From an uncultured Mesonia sp. (GTDB lineage Bacteria > Bacteroidota > Bacteroidia > Flavobacteriales > Flavobacteriaceae): a DNA stretch of 64,000 bases. Numbering within the stretch: the stretch's first letter is position 1; each line of letters begins with the position of its first letter. Location of the stretch: NCBI GenBank assembly GCA_947494545.1, contig CANLVH010000004.1, forward strand, positions 181,281 to 245,280. Direction: 5' to 3'. The position numbers and the translations under genes are program-made. Below are positions 45,928-56,016 of this stretch, one piece after another. The notes beneath the pieces are model-generated. The model was given only the letters and a program-made list of their open reading frames with translations, was not told where the DNA came from and did not search any database.

Positions 45928-48597
45928 TTAGTTGTTTTCTTGTTTTTGTTTGTCTTTTTTCTTTTTTCCGAAAAGACCACCTAAAATATCTTCTGCAGCG
46001 TCTTTTATTTTATCGCGGCCATCTTTGGTTTTGCTGGTATCTTTTACCGTGCCATCTTGATTTTCTGTAGCGTCATCGTCTTTATTTCCGCCAAGAATAT
46101 CTTTAATCTTATCGGTTGCTTTATCTTTTATTTTGTCTTTTTGCGAAGCTATTATTTGCTGACTCAACTCTTGCGTGGCTTGTTTTATATTAAGTTGCAC
46201 GTTTGGGTTGCTAAAACTTCCGCTTAAAGCGACAGGCAAAGTAACTTTAGTGTTTTCTAAATCTGTTTGCGTAAGATTTGCAAGTCCGCCACCAATTTCT
46301 GAGCCTAAATATTTTGCGGGTAAATCTAAAGCCATCTCATAGTTCATTTGGTTATCAAAACTATGGCTTCCGTTTACGGTAATTAAAATGTCTTTTATAT
46401 TAAAATCAAATGGTTGTAAGTTTACTTGTCCGTCTTGAAACTGCACTTTGGTTTCTATATCTTTTAAATCTAACTTGTCTAAATTTAAAAAATTTAATTT
46501 ACTGTCTAAGTTGGCCAATAGCGGCATTTGCTGCGTGTCAATATCCGCATCTAAAATTTTGGCAAAAGCATCTCCTGCCAAACTGCTTAAAATTGGCGTT
46601 AACTCTTTTGTTAAGTTACCGTGTAAATTAATAGTAGTGTTAAGATCTCCTTTTAAAGCTTTGGCAATTGGTGCTAAGTTGCGTAGTAATTCTAATTCTT
46701 TAAAAGAATCTACAATATTTATGCGGTTTAACTTCAGATCCATATCAAAAGTTGGGTGGGCCGCTTTGGTAGATACATTTCCGTTAAGGCTAATATTTCC
46801 GCCAAAAATATCTGCCGAAACATTTTCTAAACGTGCCGTTTCGTCTTTTATAGCCATTGCGCCTTTGGTGTTGCTTAGCGTCAAATTATCATAAATTACT
46901 TTATTGGCGGTAAAATCTAATCGCGCATCTAAAAAAGAAGGAATTTTAATAGCTTCTTCTTGGGTGGCTTTGGGTTGTTGCGAAGTTTCGGTTTCTTCAT
47001 TTTCCTTTACGGAAGTGTCTTCGGCTTGCGCAATCATAAAGTCGTTAATGGCAAAGGTATTGGCAGCAACTTTAAACCGACCTTTCAATTTTTGATCAGA
47101 AAATAAATACCCCATCAAATTATCTAAAGTCCCCGAAATTTTAGCATCTGTTTGACCGGTTTTTAATTGCATTTCTTGCAAAGTAACGTTACTGGTGTTA
47201 AAGCTCAAATTGGCGCGGTCTACCAAAACAGGATTAGGAATTTCTTTAGAGGTATATTTAAAATTGCTAATGCTTGCAGTACCTTGACTTTTAACCCTGC
47301 TGTAGTTTTCGTTTTCTACATCGTTCATCGCAAAATTGGTTTGCAAGTCGGCTTTTAAAATTCCGTTTAAATCTTGTTCTAATTCTAACGGATAGGCTTT
47401 TTCTAGGTTTGCAAGATTTAGCGTTCCTTTTAGAACCAAATTAACCAACATATTTTCGGTAATATTCTTAAAATTACCATTGGCAGAAAATACGTCTTGG
47501 TCTATGGTAAAAGTTAATTTATCTAAGTTTAAATAGGTGTCTTCTATCTTGCCGGTTTGGTTTTTTAAAACCGCATCTAGATTTATGTTACGCACTTGCT
47601 TTGGTAAATCAGGATATTTAAAAGCAGCGTTGTTACTGGTAACGGCAATGTCTAGTTTAGGAATATTTTCTTCGTCTATAATTCCGTTAATTTTACCATC
47701 TATTTTAAAGTCGCCCGAAGTTTCTACGCCATCCAAATTTTTTGCATAGGTTTCCGGTATAACGGCCAAAAAGTTTTTAAAATCAGACGAGGGTGTGGTA
47801 AAACTTATGTCTACTTCGTTATTATTTTCATTTACTTTTACAAAACCATCAAAAGTGAGAGGTAGTTTATTTATTAAAGCTTTATTTTCTAAAAAACTGA
47901 ATTTCTGCTCTGCCAAATTCATTTTAAAGTCGGCATCTAATTGCAGTTTATTATTTTCTAGATAATTTTCTTCGTCTAAAGTAAACGAGATAAGCGTTTC
48001 TGAAGTTGTTTTTAGCGTAAACTCTTCCGCAGAGAAATCGCCGCTACCGTGGTGATTAAAATCTTTTAAGCGTACAAAAGTTTTAGAAGCTTCGTCTAAA
48101 TAATTTATGCGCGAATTGGCAATATTATATTCTTGCACATCTAAGCTTAAACCACCTTGTGTGCTTTGGTCTTGTTGGTTTGGCGTTGCTTTTCTTTCTT
48201 TGGCAATGTCATAATTGGCGTTACCTAAAGAATCTACTTTTATATTTACATACGCATTATCTAAATCTAATTGATTTACGCTTAGCGGTGCATCGCCACC
48301 TTTAAAAAGTTGCGGAATGCCCATACTCAAGCCCAATTTTTCTGCCGTTGCCAAAGTATCGCCGGCAAAAGGTTCTTTGTTTATTACGCTCAGGTTTTCT
48401 AATTGCAACTCGGCATCCGGAAAGCTGGAAAAGAGACTTAAATCTAAATCTTCCCAAGCTACAGTTGCATTTATGTTGTTATTGATAGATTTTTTTACGG
48501 CACGCTCTATCGGGCCTTTAAATATAAAAGGTGCGGCAATTAGAAATACTACCAAAACCAGTAATACAATACCAATAATTTTTAAAGCTTTTTTCAT
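45928..48597 (-). CDS. AsmA-like (bridge-like lipid transfer family) protein
   Basis: N-terminal TM anchor, long beta-rich body, typical AsmA C-terminal FDF...I.ITVNGSHSFD. Confidence 0.8.
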   Translation of the reverse strand: MKKALKIIGIVLLVLVVFLIAAPFIFKGPIERAVKKSINNNINATVAWEDLDLSLFSSFPDAELQLENLSVINKEPFAGDTLATAEKLGLSMGIPQLFKGGDAPLSVNQLDLDNAYVNIKVDSLGNANYDIAKERKATPNQQDQSTQGGLSLDVQEYNIANSRINYLDEASKTFVRLKDFNHHGSGDFSAEEFTLKTTSETLISFTLDEENYLENNKLQLDADFKMNLAEQKFSFLENKALINKLPLTFDGFVKVNENNNEVDISFTTPSSDFKNFLAVIPETYAKNLDGVETSGDFKIDGKINGIIDEENIPKLDIAVTSNNAAFKYPDLPKQVRNINLDAVLKNQTGKIEDTYLNLDKLTFTIDQDVFSANGNFKNITENMLVNLVLKGTLNLANLEKAYPLELEQDLNGILKADLQTNFAMNDVENENYSRVKSQGTASISNFKYTSKEIPNPVLVDRANLSFNTSNVTLQEMQLKTGQTDAKISGTLDNLMGYLFSDQKLKGRFKVAANTFAINDFMIAQAEDTSVKENEETETSQQPKATQEEAIKIPSFLDARLDFTANKVIYDNLTLSNTKGAMAIKDETARLENVSADIFGGNISLNGNVSTKAAHPTFDMDLKLNRINIVDSFKELELLRNLAPIAKALKGDLNTTINLHGNLTKELTPILSSLAGDAFAKILDADIDTQQMPLLANLDSKLNFLNLDKLDLKDIETKVQFQDGQVNLQPFDFNIKDILITVNGSHSFDNQMNYEMALDLPAKYLGSEIGGGLANLTQTDLENTKVTLPVALSGSFSNPNVQLNIKQATQELSQQIIASQKDKIKDKATDKIKDILGGNKDDDATENQDGTVKDTSKTKDGRDKIKDAAEDILGGLFGKKKKDKQKQENN

Positions 48598-48843
48598 AAT
48601 TTATCTATCTACAATTCTATATTATCTTAATTTCGTTTTTTAATCTATGTTGTTTGCTTAACCTTTTTTAGGGAAAATCGATTTCTGTTGAAGCAACTTA
48701 AAATTTAATAAATTTTATAGACCGTAATTTTTTTGTTGTTGCCCAATATCGTTTTTTTGCATAGCCAAAGGCAAATTTAAGTCTCTAAATTTTCCTTTAG
48801 CTTAATTTGCTGTGAAATTGTTAATACCAGACTGTTAAAATTT

Positions 48844-49965
48844 TTGAAAAGCCCTACTATTACATACATTGCTCTGGGAAGCAATCAAGGAGATAAATTG
48901 GATAATTTGCAACTTGCCACCGCTTATATATACAAGAAAATTGGCGATGTAACCGCGGTTTCCAAAATTTATACCGGTCCGGCAATTGGTTTTAACGGCG
49001 ATGCTTTTTATAATGCTTGCATAGAAGTTTCTACGCGTTTTTCTGCTAAGAAAGTCCTTAACCAACTTTTAGAAATAGAACAATTAATGGGACGCCGGCG
49101 TAAAATTACTACCGAATATGAAAACCGGATAATAGATTTAGATTTGCTGTTTTATCAAGAAGAGGTTATCCAAACCAAACGCATTACTTTACCACACCCG
49201 CATTTGCATAAGCGCAATTTTGTTTTGCAGCCTTTGGCAGATATTGCCGGCTCGGTTTTGCATCCGGTATTGCAAAAAACGGTTAGCGAATTCTTAGAAA
49301 GCCTTCCCCATCAAGAAAAATTGACTGCTATTTCAGCAAATTTACAACCGCAAAACAGTCAATTAAAAGCTTTTAATTATTTGGCTATTGAAGGAAATAT
49401 TGGCGCGGGAAAAACAAGTTTGGCCAGTATGATAGCGCAAGATTTTAAGGCAAAACTTATTACGGAACGTTTTAAAGACAATCCGTTTTTACCAAAGTTT
49501 TACAAAGACCAAAGTAGGTATGCTTTTCCGTTAGAAATGTCTTTTTTGGCAGATCGTTACCAGCAATTATTAGACGATATTTCGCAATACGATTTGTTTA
49601 ACGATTTTATGGTAGCCGATTATGACGTGTATAAATCGCTTATTTTTGCTAAAGTTACCTTGCAGGAAGAAGAATATGCTTTGTATAAAAAGCTTTTTCA
49701 GATAATGTATAAAGATTTGGCAAAGCCCGATTTGTATGTTTATTTGTATCAAAACACAGAGCGCTTGCTAGAAAATATTCAAAAACGCGGCAGAAAATAC
49801 GAACAAGATATTCCTGCAGATTATCTAGAAAACATTAACAGAGGATATTTAGAATTCATAAAACAGCAACACCACCTCAAAGTGAAAATTATAGATATTT
49901 CTGAATTGGACTTTGTAAACCAACGCGAAGATTATTTAGAAGTGCTGGAGCAGATTTCTGGTTAG
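48844..49965 (+). CDS. folK: FolK (HPPK) fused to deoxynucleoside kinase
   Basis: YIALGSNQGD, RIIDLDLLFY, LPHP.LH.R.FVL.PL; then IEGNIGAGKTS and DRYQQ. Confidence 0.92.
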   Translation: MKSPTITYIALGSNQGDKLDNLQLATAYIYKKIGDVTAVSKIYTGPAIGFNGDAFYNACIEVSTRFSAKKVLNQLLEIEQLMGRRRKITTEYENRIIDLDLLFYQEEVIQTKRITLPHPHLHKRNFVLQPLADIAGSVLHPVLQKTVSEFLESLPHQEKLTAISANLQPQNSQLKAFNYLAIEGNIGAGKTSLASMIAQDFKAKLITERFKDNPFLPKFYKDQSRYAFPLEMSFLADRYQQLLDDISQYDLFNDFMVADYDVYKSLIFAKVTLQEEEYALYKKLFQIMYKDLAKPDLYVYLYQNTERLLENIQKRGRKYEQDIPADYLENINRGYLEFIKQQHHLKVKIIDISELDFVNQREDYLEVLEQISG

Positions 49966-50070
49966 GGATTAGGTGGTAGATTAGTAGATAGTGGGGACTA
50001 GGTTGTAGGTCTTAGGTTTTAGAAAAAATAATAGACTAGTAAACTAGTGAACCAGTCAATTAGTTAACCA
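49963..50070. repeat. Degenerate heptamer (TAGGTTT-type) tract followed by an octamer (AAACTAGT-type) tract
   Basis: TAG recurring at about 7-nt spacing over 49963-50022; agactagt aaactagt gaaccagt caattagt at 50033-50064. Confidence 0.75.
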
Positions 50071-50115
50071 AATCATTTTCCAACCAAAGCAGAAAGTTTA
50101 CGGCTAAAACAATTC

Positions 50116-51336
50116 TTATTCTACCTCGAGCTCAAATTGCAGAGATTTATTTAATTTATTGCTAACTACAAGAGTATATTTCCCGGGTTTTAGTGCCATA
50201 TAACCAGGTGTTTGCGGGTTTGGAATCTCAATAATATCTGTAGGAATAGCATTTTGAATATTTTCGTTTTTTACGTAAGCCAAAACCATTACCGGAAAAG
50301 CAATTTTTGCATCTTGTAAAGCAATTTTAACCGCTTTGTTTTCTTTACTGAATAACCAGTTTGGTCGGTTGTTGGCATATTTGGTTACAGGATGCAAAAC
50401 AGCAATATCTGTATAACTTTGGTTTCTTTTATACCCTAAAATCTCTCCATTTTTTTGAAGTAAAACCGAACTTTTTTCTAAATCTAAAGCTTTCAAAAGT
50501 TTATTGTTTAGGGCTTTATTACTGCGCTCACTGTATTTTGTCTGATTAATAGTCAGCGGATCCATGCCGGTATATTCAGAAAGTTTTGCGGCCATAGCTT
50601 TTCCCCATTTTTTATGCTTGCCTTCTAAAACATGGTCATAGCCGCAGTGAATAATATATTTGCCGTTTGGATTTTTATCCATAAAACCCTGAATGTTTTT
50701 AGCTTGTGCAATTTCCCTTTTTTTTCCATTAAAGTTGGAAGTTTGTTCATACGAGAACACGGTAAACCCTATTTCTAAAGCAGTCCGTACCAAATTTCCA
50801 AATTGCGGTTCTTTTATATAATAACCGTTTTTTTGAACGGGATAACCTCTTTCATTTAGAAGCGAATCTTTGTTTTTCCCGTTGGTCAAAGCTTCTAACC
50901 CCAAATTTTTATAACCGTTTTCGTATAATTTCTGCAATAAGCTTTTGGTGAAATTTCTGTGGGAAGGATTGTGATGCGCTTCGTTTATAATAAGTAAATC
51001 TGTAGCTTTTGCCTGCTCAACAATATAACCTGCGGCCGGTATAATTTCATATTTATTTTGAATAGAATCAATTTGCTTTTTTGAAAAAGTTGTAACCCTT
51101 CCGGGGAAAGCGATATCCCATTGCTCTAAAGCGTTTTTAAAATCTCCTTTTTTAGCATATTCTGCCGCCGAAATCTGGTTTTTCCAAGCAGTTGTGTCTT
51201 TGGCGAGTTTTTCTTGAATAGCAGCATCAAATTTATAAGGATTCTTATATTCAATTTCTTGATAGTCGTGCGTGCTTTTACAGTTTACAAAAAGAAGAAA
51301 AATAGACAACACATAAATAACCGGAAGAAAGCGCAT
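50116..51336 (-). CDS. Hypothetical exported protein/lipoprotein
   Basis: 406-aa ORF; FVNC lipobox-like motif; IINEAHH and LGLEAL motifs. Confidence 0.75.
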   Translation of the reverse strand: MRFLPVIYVLSIFLLFVNCKSTHDYQEIEYKNPYKFDAAIQEKLAKDTTAWKNQISAAEYAKKGDFKNALEQWDIAFPGRVTTFSKKQIDSIQNKYEIIPAAGYIVEQAKATDLLIINEAHHNPSHRNFTKSLLQKLYENGYKNLGLEALTNGKNKDSLLNERGYPVQKNGYYIKEPQFGNLVRTALEIGFTVFSYEQTSNFNGKKREIAQAKNIQGFMDKNPNGKYIIHCGYDHVLEGKHKKWGKAMAAKLSEYTGMDPLTINQTKYSERSNKALNNKLLKALDLEKSSVLLQKNGEILGYKRNQSYTDIAVLHPVTKYANNRPNWLFSKENKAVKIALQDAKIAFPVMVLAYVKNENIQNAIPTDIIEIPNPQTPGYMALKPGKYTLVVSNKLNKSLQFELEVE

Positions 51337-51476
51337 AGGAAAACTTTAGTTTAAACTGCAAGTATAACTAAATTTCTAGTTTTAAATAGGTTTTTTGTAA
51401 TAAAATAGAGTTGAGAGAAAATTTTTCTTTTAAAAACTTAACTTGTTTCTTGTTTAAAAACTGTGGTTAAAAAGCG

Positions 51477-51499
51477 CCTCGACTCCGCTCTCCGTGACA
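51477..51499 (-). repeat. Solo REP-like palindrome
   Basis: Reverse complement TGTCACGGAGAGCGGAGTCGAGG, related to 1148-1170. Confidence 0.5.
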
Positions 51500-51584
51500 T
51501 TTAGCTTGAAAAAGAAACATGCTCGTTCTAGCTAGCAAAACCTTTTTCTTCTTTAGCTTTTTCGCTGTTTTACTTTTGATTTAA

Positions 51585-52127
51585 TCAACTAATCTTCCCC
51601 ATTTTCGCAAACAAATCCCAAATAACAACGCCGGCACTTACCGAAATATTAAGCGAGTGTTTACTGCCGTATTGCGGAATTTCGATTACGGTGTTGGCTT
51701 TAGAAACTACCTCTTGACTTACACCTTTTACTTCGTTACCAAAAACCACTGCGTAAGTTTGGTCTCCCTTCGGAGTGAAATTATTAAGCATTATCGCGTT
51801 TTCGGCTTGTTCTATGGCTAAAACCTGTACGCCATCTGCTTGTAATTGTTCTATTAATTCTGTTGTGTTTTCTACGTGTTCCCAAGTCACGGTTTCGGTG
51901 GCGCCAAGAGCGGTTTTTCTAATATCTTTATGCGGCGGAGTTGCGGTGATGCCACAGAGATATATTTTCTCGATTAAAAAAGCATCGGCGGTCCTAAAAA
52001 CCGAACCTATATTATTTAAACTTCTGATGTTATCCAACACTAAAATCAATGGCGTTTTAGATGCGTGTTTAAATTCGGTTATGCTTTTTCTGCTTAACTC
52101 GCTGTTTTTTAGCTTTCGGTTTTTCAT
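51585..52127 (-). CDS. SpoU/TrmH family RNA 2'-O-methyltransferase
   Basis: LDNIRSLNNIGSVFRTADA, VFGNEVKGVS, EIPQYGSKHSLNISV. Confidence 0.92.
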   Translation of the reverse strand: MKNRKLKNSELSRKSITEFKHASKTPLILVLDNIRSLNNIGSVFRTADAFLIEKIYLCGITATPPHKDIRKTALGATETVTWEHVENTTELIEQLQADGVQVLAIEQAENAIMLNNFTPKGDQTYAVVFGNEVKGVSQEVVSKANTVIEIPQYGSKHSLNISVSAGVVIWDLFAKMGKIS

Positions 52128-52208
52128 AACTGCAAAAGTCTGTTAATTTGACTAATTTTTAAAATGAATTTATAAAAAACTGCTTTACGTGATTGCTTAA
52201 CGGTTTTT

Positions 52209-52379
52209 GCGTGAGGGATAGTAGCGGTAGCCCGTAAAAGCTTTCTTTGTTAAAAATACCGGGAGCCTGGGCGACCGGCAGGAAGCCCAAGAAACCGTAT
52301 ATTTTTTTAAAGAAAGCTTGCGGACTATAAGCGGATAGCCCGGCCCCTCTCCAATTAAAATTGGGGAGGGGTCACGCCC
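52209..52379 (+). ncRNA. Flavo-1-like structured repeat, copy C (extended central stem)
   Basis: GTGAGGGATAGTAGCGG...AAGCTTTCTTT/AAAGAAAGCTT stem...AGCGGATAGCCCGGCCCCTCTCCAATT-AA-AATTGGGGAGGGGTCACGCCC. Confidence 0.55.
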
Positions 52380-52470
52380 AAAATAGTTTTGTTTATATTC
52401 TTACAACCGAATTTATTAGTAAAAACTATTGGAATGCCTATTTTTACCAAAATTTAAAAAATCACTCATT

Positions 52471-55086
52471 TTGTCTGCAAAGAAACCTAAAAAAGTAACG
52501 CCGCTAATGAAGCAATATTATGCTATAAAGCATAAATATCCGGATGCGATGTTGCTATTTCGGGTAGGCGATTTTTATGAAACTTTTGGCGAAGATGCCG
52601 TAAAAGCTGCGCGAATTTTAAACATTGTTTTAACCAACCGAAACAACGGCAGCGAGCGGACAGAGTTGGCCGGTTTTCCGCATCATAGCTTAAATACATA
52701 CTTACCAAAGTTGGTAAAAGCCGGCGAGCGCGTGGCCATTTGCGACCAGTTAGAAGACCCAAAACAGACCAAAAAAATTGTAAAACGCGGGGTTACAGAA
52801 TTGGTAACGCCGGGTGTGGCGCTAAACGATGAGGTGTTGCAGAGCAAAACCAATAACTTTTTGTGTGCCGTGCATTTTGGTAAGAAAAAATGCGGAATTG
52901 CCTTTGTAGATGTTTCTACCGGTGAGTTTTTAACAGCAGAAGGCGATGTGGAGTATTTAGATAAATTGTTGCAGAATTTTAGTCCGAGTGAGGTGTTGGT
53001 TTCTAAAAATTGTAAAAACAATTTTACTGCTCATTTTGGGAGCGGCTACCATACTTTTTTTCTGGAAAATTGGATTTTTAAGTTGGATTATGCCACGGAA
53101 ACTCTAAACGAGCATTTTAAAACAAAATCGCTTAAAGGCTTTGGTATAGAAAATTTGGTAGACGGCGTAATTGCTTCGGGTGCTATTTTGTATTATTTAA
53201 GCGAAACGCAACACCATAAATTAGAGCATTTGGCTTCTATATCGCGCATTGCGCAAGATGAGTACGTTTGGATGGACCGGTTTACTATTCGTAATTTGGA
53301 GCTGTACCAATCTACGGCAAACCAAGCGGTTACTTTGCTAGATGTTATAGACAAAACTATCTCGCCAATGGGCGGCAGGCTCCTAAAACGTTGGTTGGCT
53401 TTACCGTTAAAGAGTTTAGAGAAAATTACACGGCGTTATGAAGTGGTTGGTTTTTTCTTAAAAAACACGGCTTTAAAAGAAAAACTGCAGGCTCAAATAA
53501 AAAATATGGGCGATTTGGAGCGTTTGATTTCCAAGGTTGCCACGCAAAAAATTAGTCCGCGGGAGGTGCTTCAACTCAAAACCTCTTTAGATGCCGTGGT
53601 TCCTATAAAAGAAGCTACAAAAAACACAGCTTGCGAACCTTTAAATAGTATTTCAGAAAATTTACATGCTTGTGATTTATTGCGTTCTAAAATTAAAAAT
53701 GCTTTAAAAGAAGATGCGCCGGTAAATGTATCTAAAGGAAATGTTATTGCAGATGGCTTTTCGGAAGAATTAGACGAGTTGCGTAAAATTGCCTTTTCAG
53801 GGAAAGATTATCTGGATAAAATGATAGCGCGGGAAGTAAAAACTACCGGCATTAGTAGCCTGAAAATTGGCAGCAATAATGTGTACGGATTTTATATAGA
53901 AGTACGCAATACGCACAAAGATAAAGTGCCCGAAACTTGGGTGCGTAAACAAACTTTGGTAAATGCAGAGCGTTATATTACCGAAGAACTAAAAGAATAC
54001 GAAACCAAAATTTTAGGTGCCGAAGAGAAAATACATTCCTTAGAACAAGAAATTTTCACCAAATTGGTAATTTGGCTTAACGATTACATAGCTTCGGTAC
54101 AACAAAACGCTTTGCTTATTGCCAGATTAGACTGTTTGTGCAGCTTTGCGCAATTGGCTCTAGAAGAAAATTATTGCAAACCGCAATTGCATAACGAGCA
54201 CGATTTAAAAATAGAGCAGGGCAGACATCCGGTTATAGAAAAGCAACTGCCGCCGGGCGAACCTTATATTGCCAACGATTTGTTTCTAGATAGAGAAACG
54301 CAACAAATTGTAATGATTACCGGACCAAATATGAGTGGTAAGTCGGCTATTTTACGCCAAACCGCTTTAATTGTATTGTTGGCGCAAATGGGAAGTTTTG
54401 TCCCGGCAAAAGCCGCCGAAATTGGTTTGGTAGATAAAATTTTTACTAGAGTAGGAGCCAGCGATAATATAAGTATGGGCGAATCTACTTTTATGGTAGA
54501 AATGAACGAAACTGCCAATATCTTAAACAACATTTCTGAACGTAGTTTGGTTTTGTTAGATGAGATTGGTCGTGGTACCAGTACTTACGATGGTATTTCT
54601 ATTGCTTGGGCAATTAGCGAATATTTGCATGAACATCCTGCCAAAGCAAAAACTTTATTTGCCACGCATTACCACGAGTTGAATGAAATGACCCAGCGTT
54701 TTGATCGGATCAAAAACTATAATGTTTCGGTAAAAGAATTAAAAAATAAGGTATTGTTTTTACGGAAATTGGTACCCGGCGGCAGCGAACATAGTTTTGG
54801 AATTCACGTAGCAAAAATGGCCGGAATGCCACAGCAGGTAGTGTTACGAGCTTCTAAGATATTAAAGAAGTTAGAAAAATCGCACGCAGGAGAAGAGCTT
54901 AGTTCTAACTTAAAAAGTGCAACCGAGCAGGAGCCGCAATTGAGCTTTTTTCAGTTAGACGATCCGTTGTTGGAAGAAATAAAAGAAGAGATTTTAGATC
55001 TGGATATCGATACGCTTACACCCGTGGAAGCTTTAATGAAACTAAACGAAATAAAACGATTGCTGGCGCCAAAAAAGCAGGGATGA
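52471..55086 (+). CDS. mutS: DNA mismatch repair protein MutS
   Basis: [46 protein letters not shown]; start uncertain (TTG 52471 or ATG 52507). Confidence 0.97.
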   Translation: MSAKKPKKVTPLMKQYYAIKHKYPDAMLLFRVGDFYETFGEDAVKAARILNIVLTNRNNGSERTELAGFPHHSLNTYLPKLVKAGERVAICDQLEDPKQTKKIVKRGVTELVTPGVALNDEVLQSKTNNFLCAVHFGKKKCGIAFVDVSTGEFLTAEGDVEYLDKLLQNFSPSEVLVSKNCKNNFTAHFGSGYHTFFLENWIFKLDYATETLNEHFKTKSLKGFGIENLVDGVIASGAILYYLSETQHHKLEHLASISRIAQDEYVWMDRFTIRNLELYQSTANQAVTLLDVIDKTISPMGGRLLKRWLALPLKSLEKITRRYEVVGFFLKNTALKEKLQAQIKNMGDLERLISKVATQKISPREVLQLKTSLDAVVPIKEATKNTACEPLNSISENLHACDLLRSKIKNALKEDAPVNVSKGNVIADGFSEELDELRKIAFSGKDYLDKMIAREVKTTGISSLKIGSNNVYGFYIEVRNTHKDKVPETWVRKQTLVNAERYITEELKEYETKILGAEEKIHSLEQEIFTKLVIWLNDYIASVQQNALLIARLDCLCSFAQLALEENYCKPQLHNEHDLKIEQGRHPVIEKQLPPGEPYIANDLFLDRETQQIVMITGPNMSGKSAILRQTALIVLLAQMGSFVPAKAAEIGLVDKIFTRVGASDNISMGESTFMVEMNETANILNNISERSLVLLDEIGRGTSTYDGISIAWAISEYLHEHPAKAKTLFATHYHELNEMTQRFDRIKNYNVSVKELKNKVLFLRKLVPGGSEHSFGIHVAKMAGMPQQVVLRASKILKKLEKSHAGEELSSNLKSATEQEPQLSFFQLDDPLLEEIKEEILDLDIDTLTPVEALMKLNEIKRLLAPKKQG

Positions 55087-55105
55087 GTTTATACTAGATA
55101 ATACA

Positions 55106-55226
55106 GTAGAAAATAGAGAATAGAAAATAGAAGCTGTATGCTAAATTTTCTCCGTCAGAAGTGTCGAATCTTAGTATTTTTCCGAAAATCAAAAATCAGT
55201 AATCAAAAATCAGCGATCTACAATCT
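55106..55226. repeat. Two orphan heptamer tracts (ATAGAAA-type 55106-55133; AAAATCA-type 55185-55226)
   Basis: gtagaaa atagaga atagaaa atagaag; aaaatca aaaatca gtaatca aaaatca gcgatct acaatct. Confidence 0.8.
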
Positions 55227-55360
55227 TTAATTTCCAATTGCTAATTATTTCAAGATTTTATTGGTAGCGCTAATTATCAGGCTAACAAGCACTTTTAAAA
55301 TGTTAGGTGGGATTAGTAAATTTTTTTTAAAAAAATGCTTTGAGATATTAATAAAAAGTA

Positions 55361-55368
55361 TAAATTTG
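55361..55368 (+). promoter_or_regulatory. -7 box (TAAATTTG) with upstream TTTG (-33) for the tRNA operon
   Basis: TTTG at 55339-55342, 18-nt spacer, TAAATTTG, then tRNA 36 nt downstream. Confidence 0.75.
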
Positions 55369-55404
55369 CATCCGCAATAAGACAATAAAGTTCTTTTAAA
55401 AAAC

Positions 55405-55477
55405 GCGAAAATAGCTCAGCTGGTAGAGCGCCACCTTGCCAAGGTGGAGGTCGCGGGTTCGAATCCCGTTTTTCGCT
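55405..55477 (+). tRNA. tRNA-Gly (GCC)
   Basis: Cloverleaf: GCGAAAA/TTTTCGC acceptor, CCACC-TT-GCC-AA-GGTGG anticodon arm, GGTTCGAATCC T-arm. Confidence 0.97.
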
Positions 55478-55547
55478 CTGAAATGTAAAACTTTTAAACT
55501 TTTATTTTTGTGAAAAACAGTAAAGGTTTTATGTTATAAATGCTCAG

Positions 55548-55635
55548 GCTCGGGTGGTGGAATTGGTAGACACGTTGGACTTAAAATCCAATGGCCATTA
55601 TGGCCGTACGGGTTCAAGTCCCGTCCCGAGTACCA
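55548..55635 (+). tRNA. tRNA-Leu (TAA)
   Basis: GCTCGGG/CCCGAGT acceptor, TTGGA-CT-TAA-AA-TCCAA anticodon arm, long variable arm, encoded CCA. Confidence 0.97.
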
Positions 55636-55637
55636 AA

Positions 55638-55672
55638 GACCCTCTTAATCTTTTGATTTTGAGGGTTTTTTT
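55638..55672 (+). terminator. tRNA terminator hairpin, repeated in each cassette (also near 56035 and 56431)
   Basis: ACCCTC...GAGGGTTTTTTT. Confidence 0.75.
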
Positions 55673-55707
55673 GTTTTTATGTATTTTGTTTTAATCAATT
55701 AGCAATT

Positions 55708-56007
55708 ATGGCTGCGGTTTATATTCTTTATTCTGCTTCTATTGACTCTTTTTATGTTGGGAGTTGCGAAGATTTTGATAGTCGTTTATCGCAACATTTA
55801 AATGGTGATTTCAAAAAGGCATTTACTAAAAGAGCGAAAGATTGGCAGAAATTTCTTCTTCTTGAAAATCTAGAATATGCCCAGTCACGACAAATTGAGG
55901 CGCACATTAAGAAAATGAAATCGACTAAATATATTGCCAATCTCAAAATGTATGAAGAAATGATACAGAAATTAATAGAGAGATTCAAAACGGGTTCATC
56001 CCGATAG
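55708..56007 (+). CDS. Small GIY-YIG nuclease, copy 1
   Basis: VYILYS...FYVGSCEDFDSRLSQH...FTKRAKDW...IEAHIKKMKS. Confidence 0.9.
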   Translation: MAAVYILYSASIDSFYVGSCEDFDSRLSQHLNGDFKKAFTKRAKDWQKFLLLENLEYAQSRQIEAHIKKMKSTKYIANLKMYEEMIQKLIERFKTGSSR

Positions 56008-56016
56008 CTATCGGGA
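55999..56016. repeat. Perfect 18-bp palindrome TCCCGATAGCTATCGGGA inserted in the tRNA-derived T-arm (second copy 56395-56412)
   Basis: Replaces AGT of ACGGGTTCA-AGT-CCCG; contains the nuclease stop codon TAG. Confidence 0.95.

Noticed and set aside
48600-48840. Possible decayed gene between asmA and folK
   Set aside because: Only very short open frames; no convincing similarity could be established without a search.
48844-49965. FolK-deoxynucleoside kinase fusion as a novelty
   Set aside because: To my knowledge this fusion is routine in Flavobacteriaceae.
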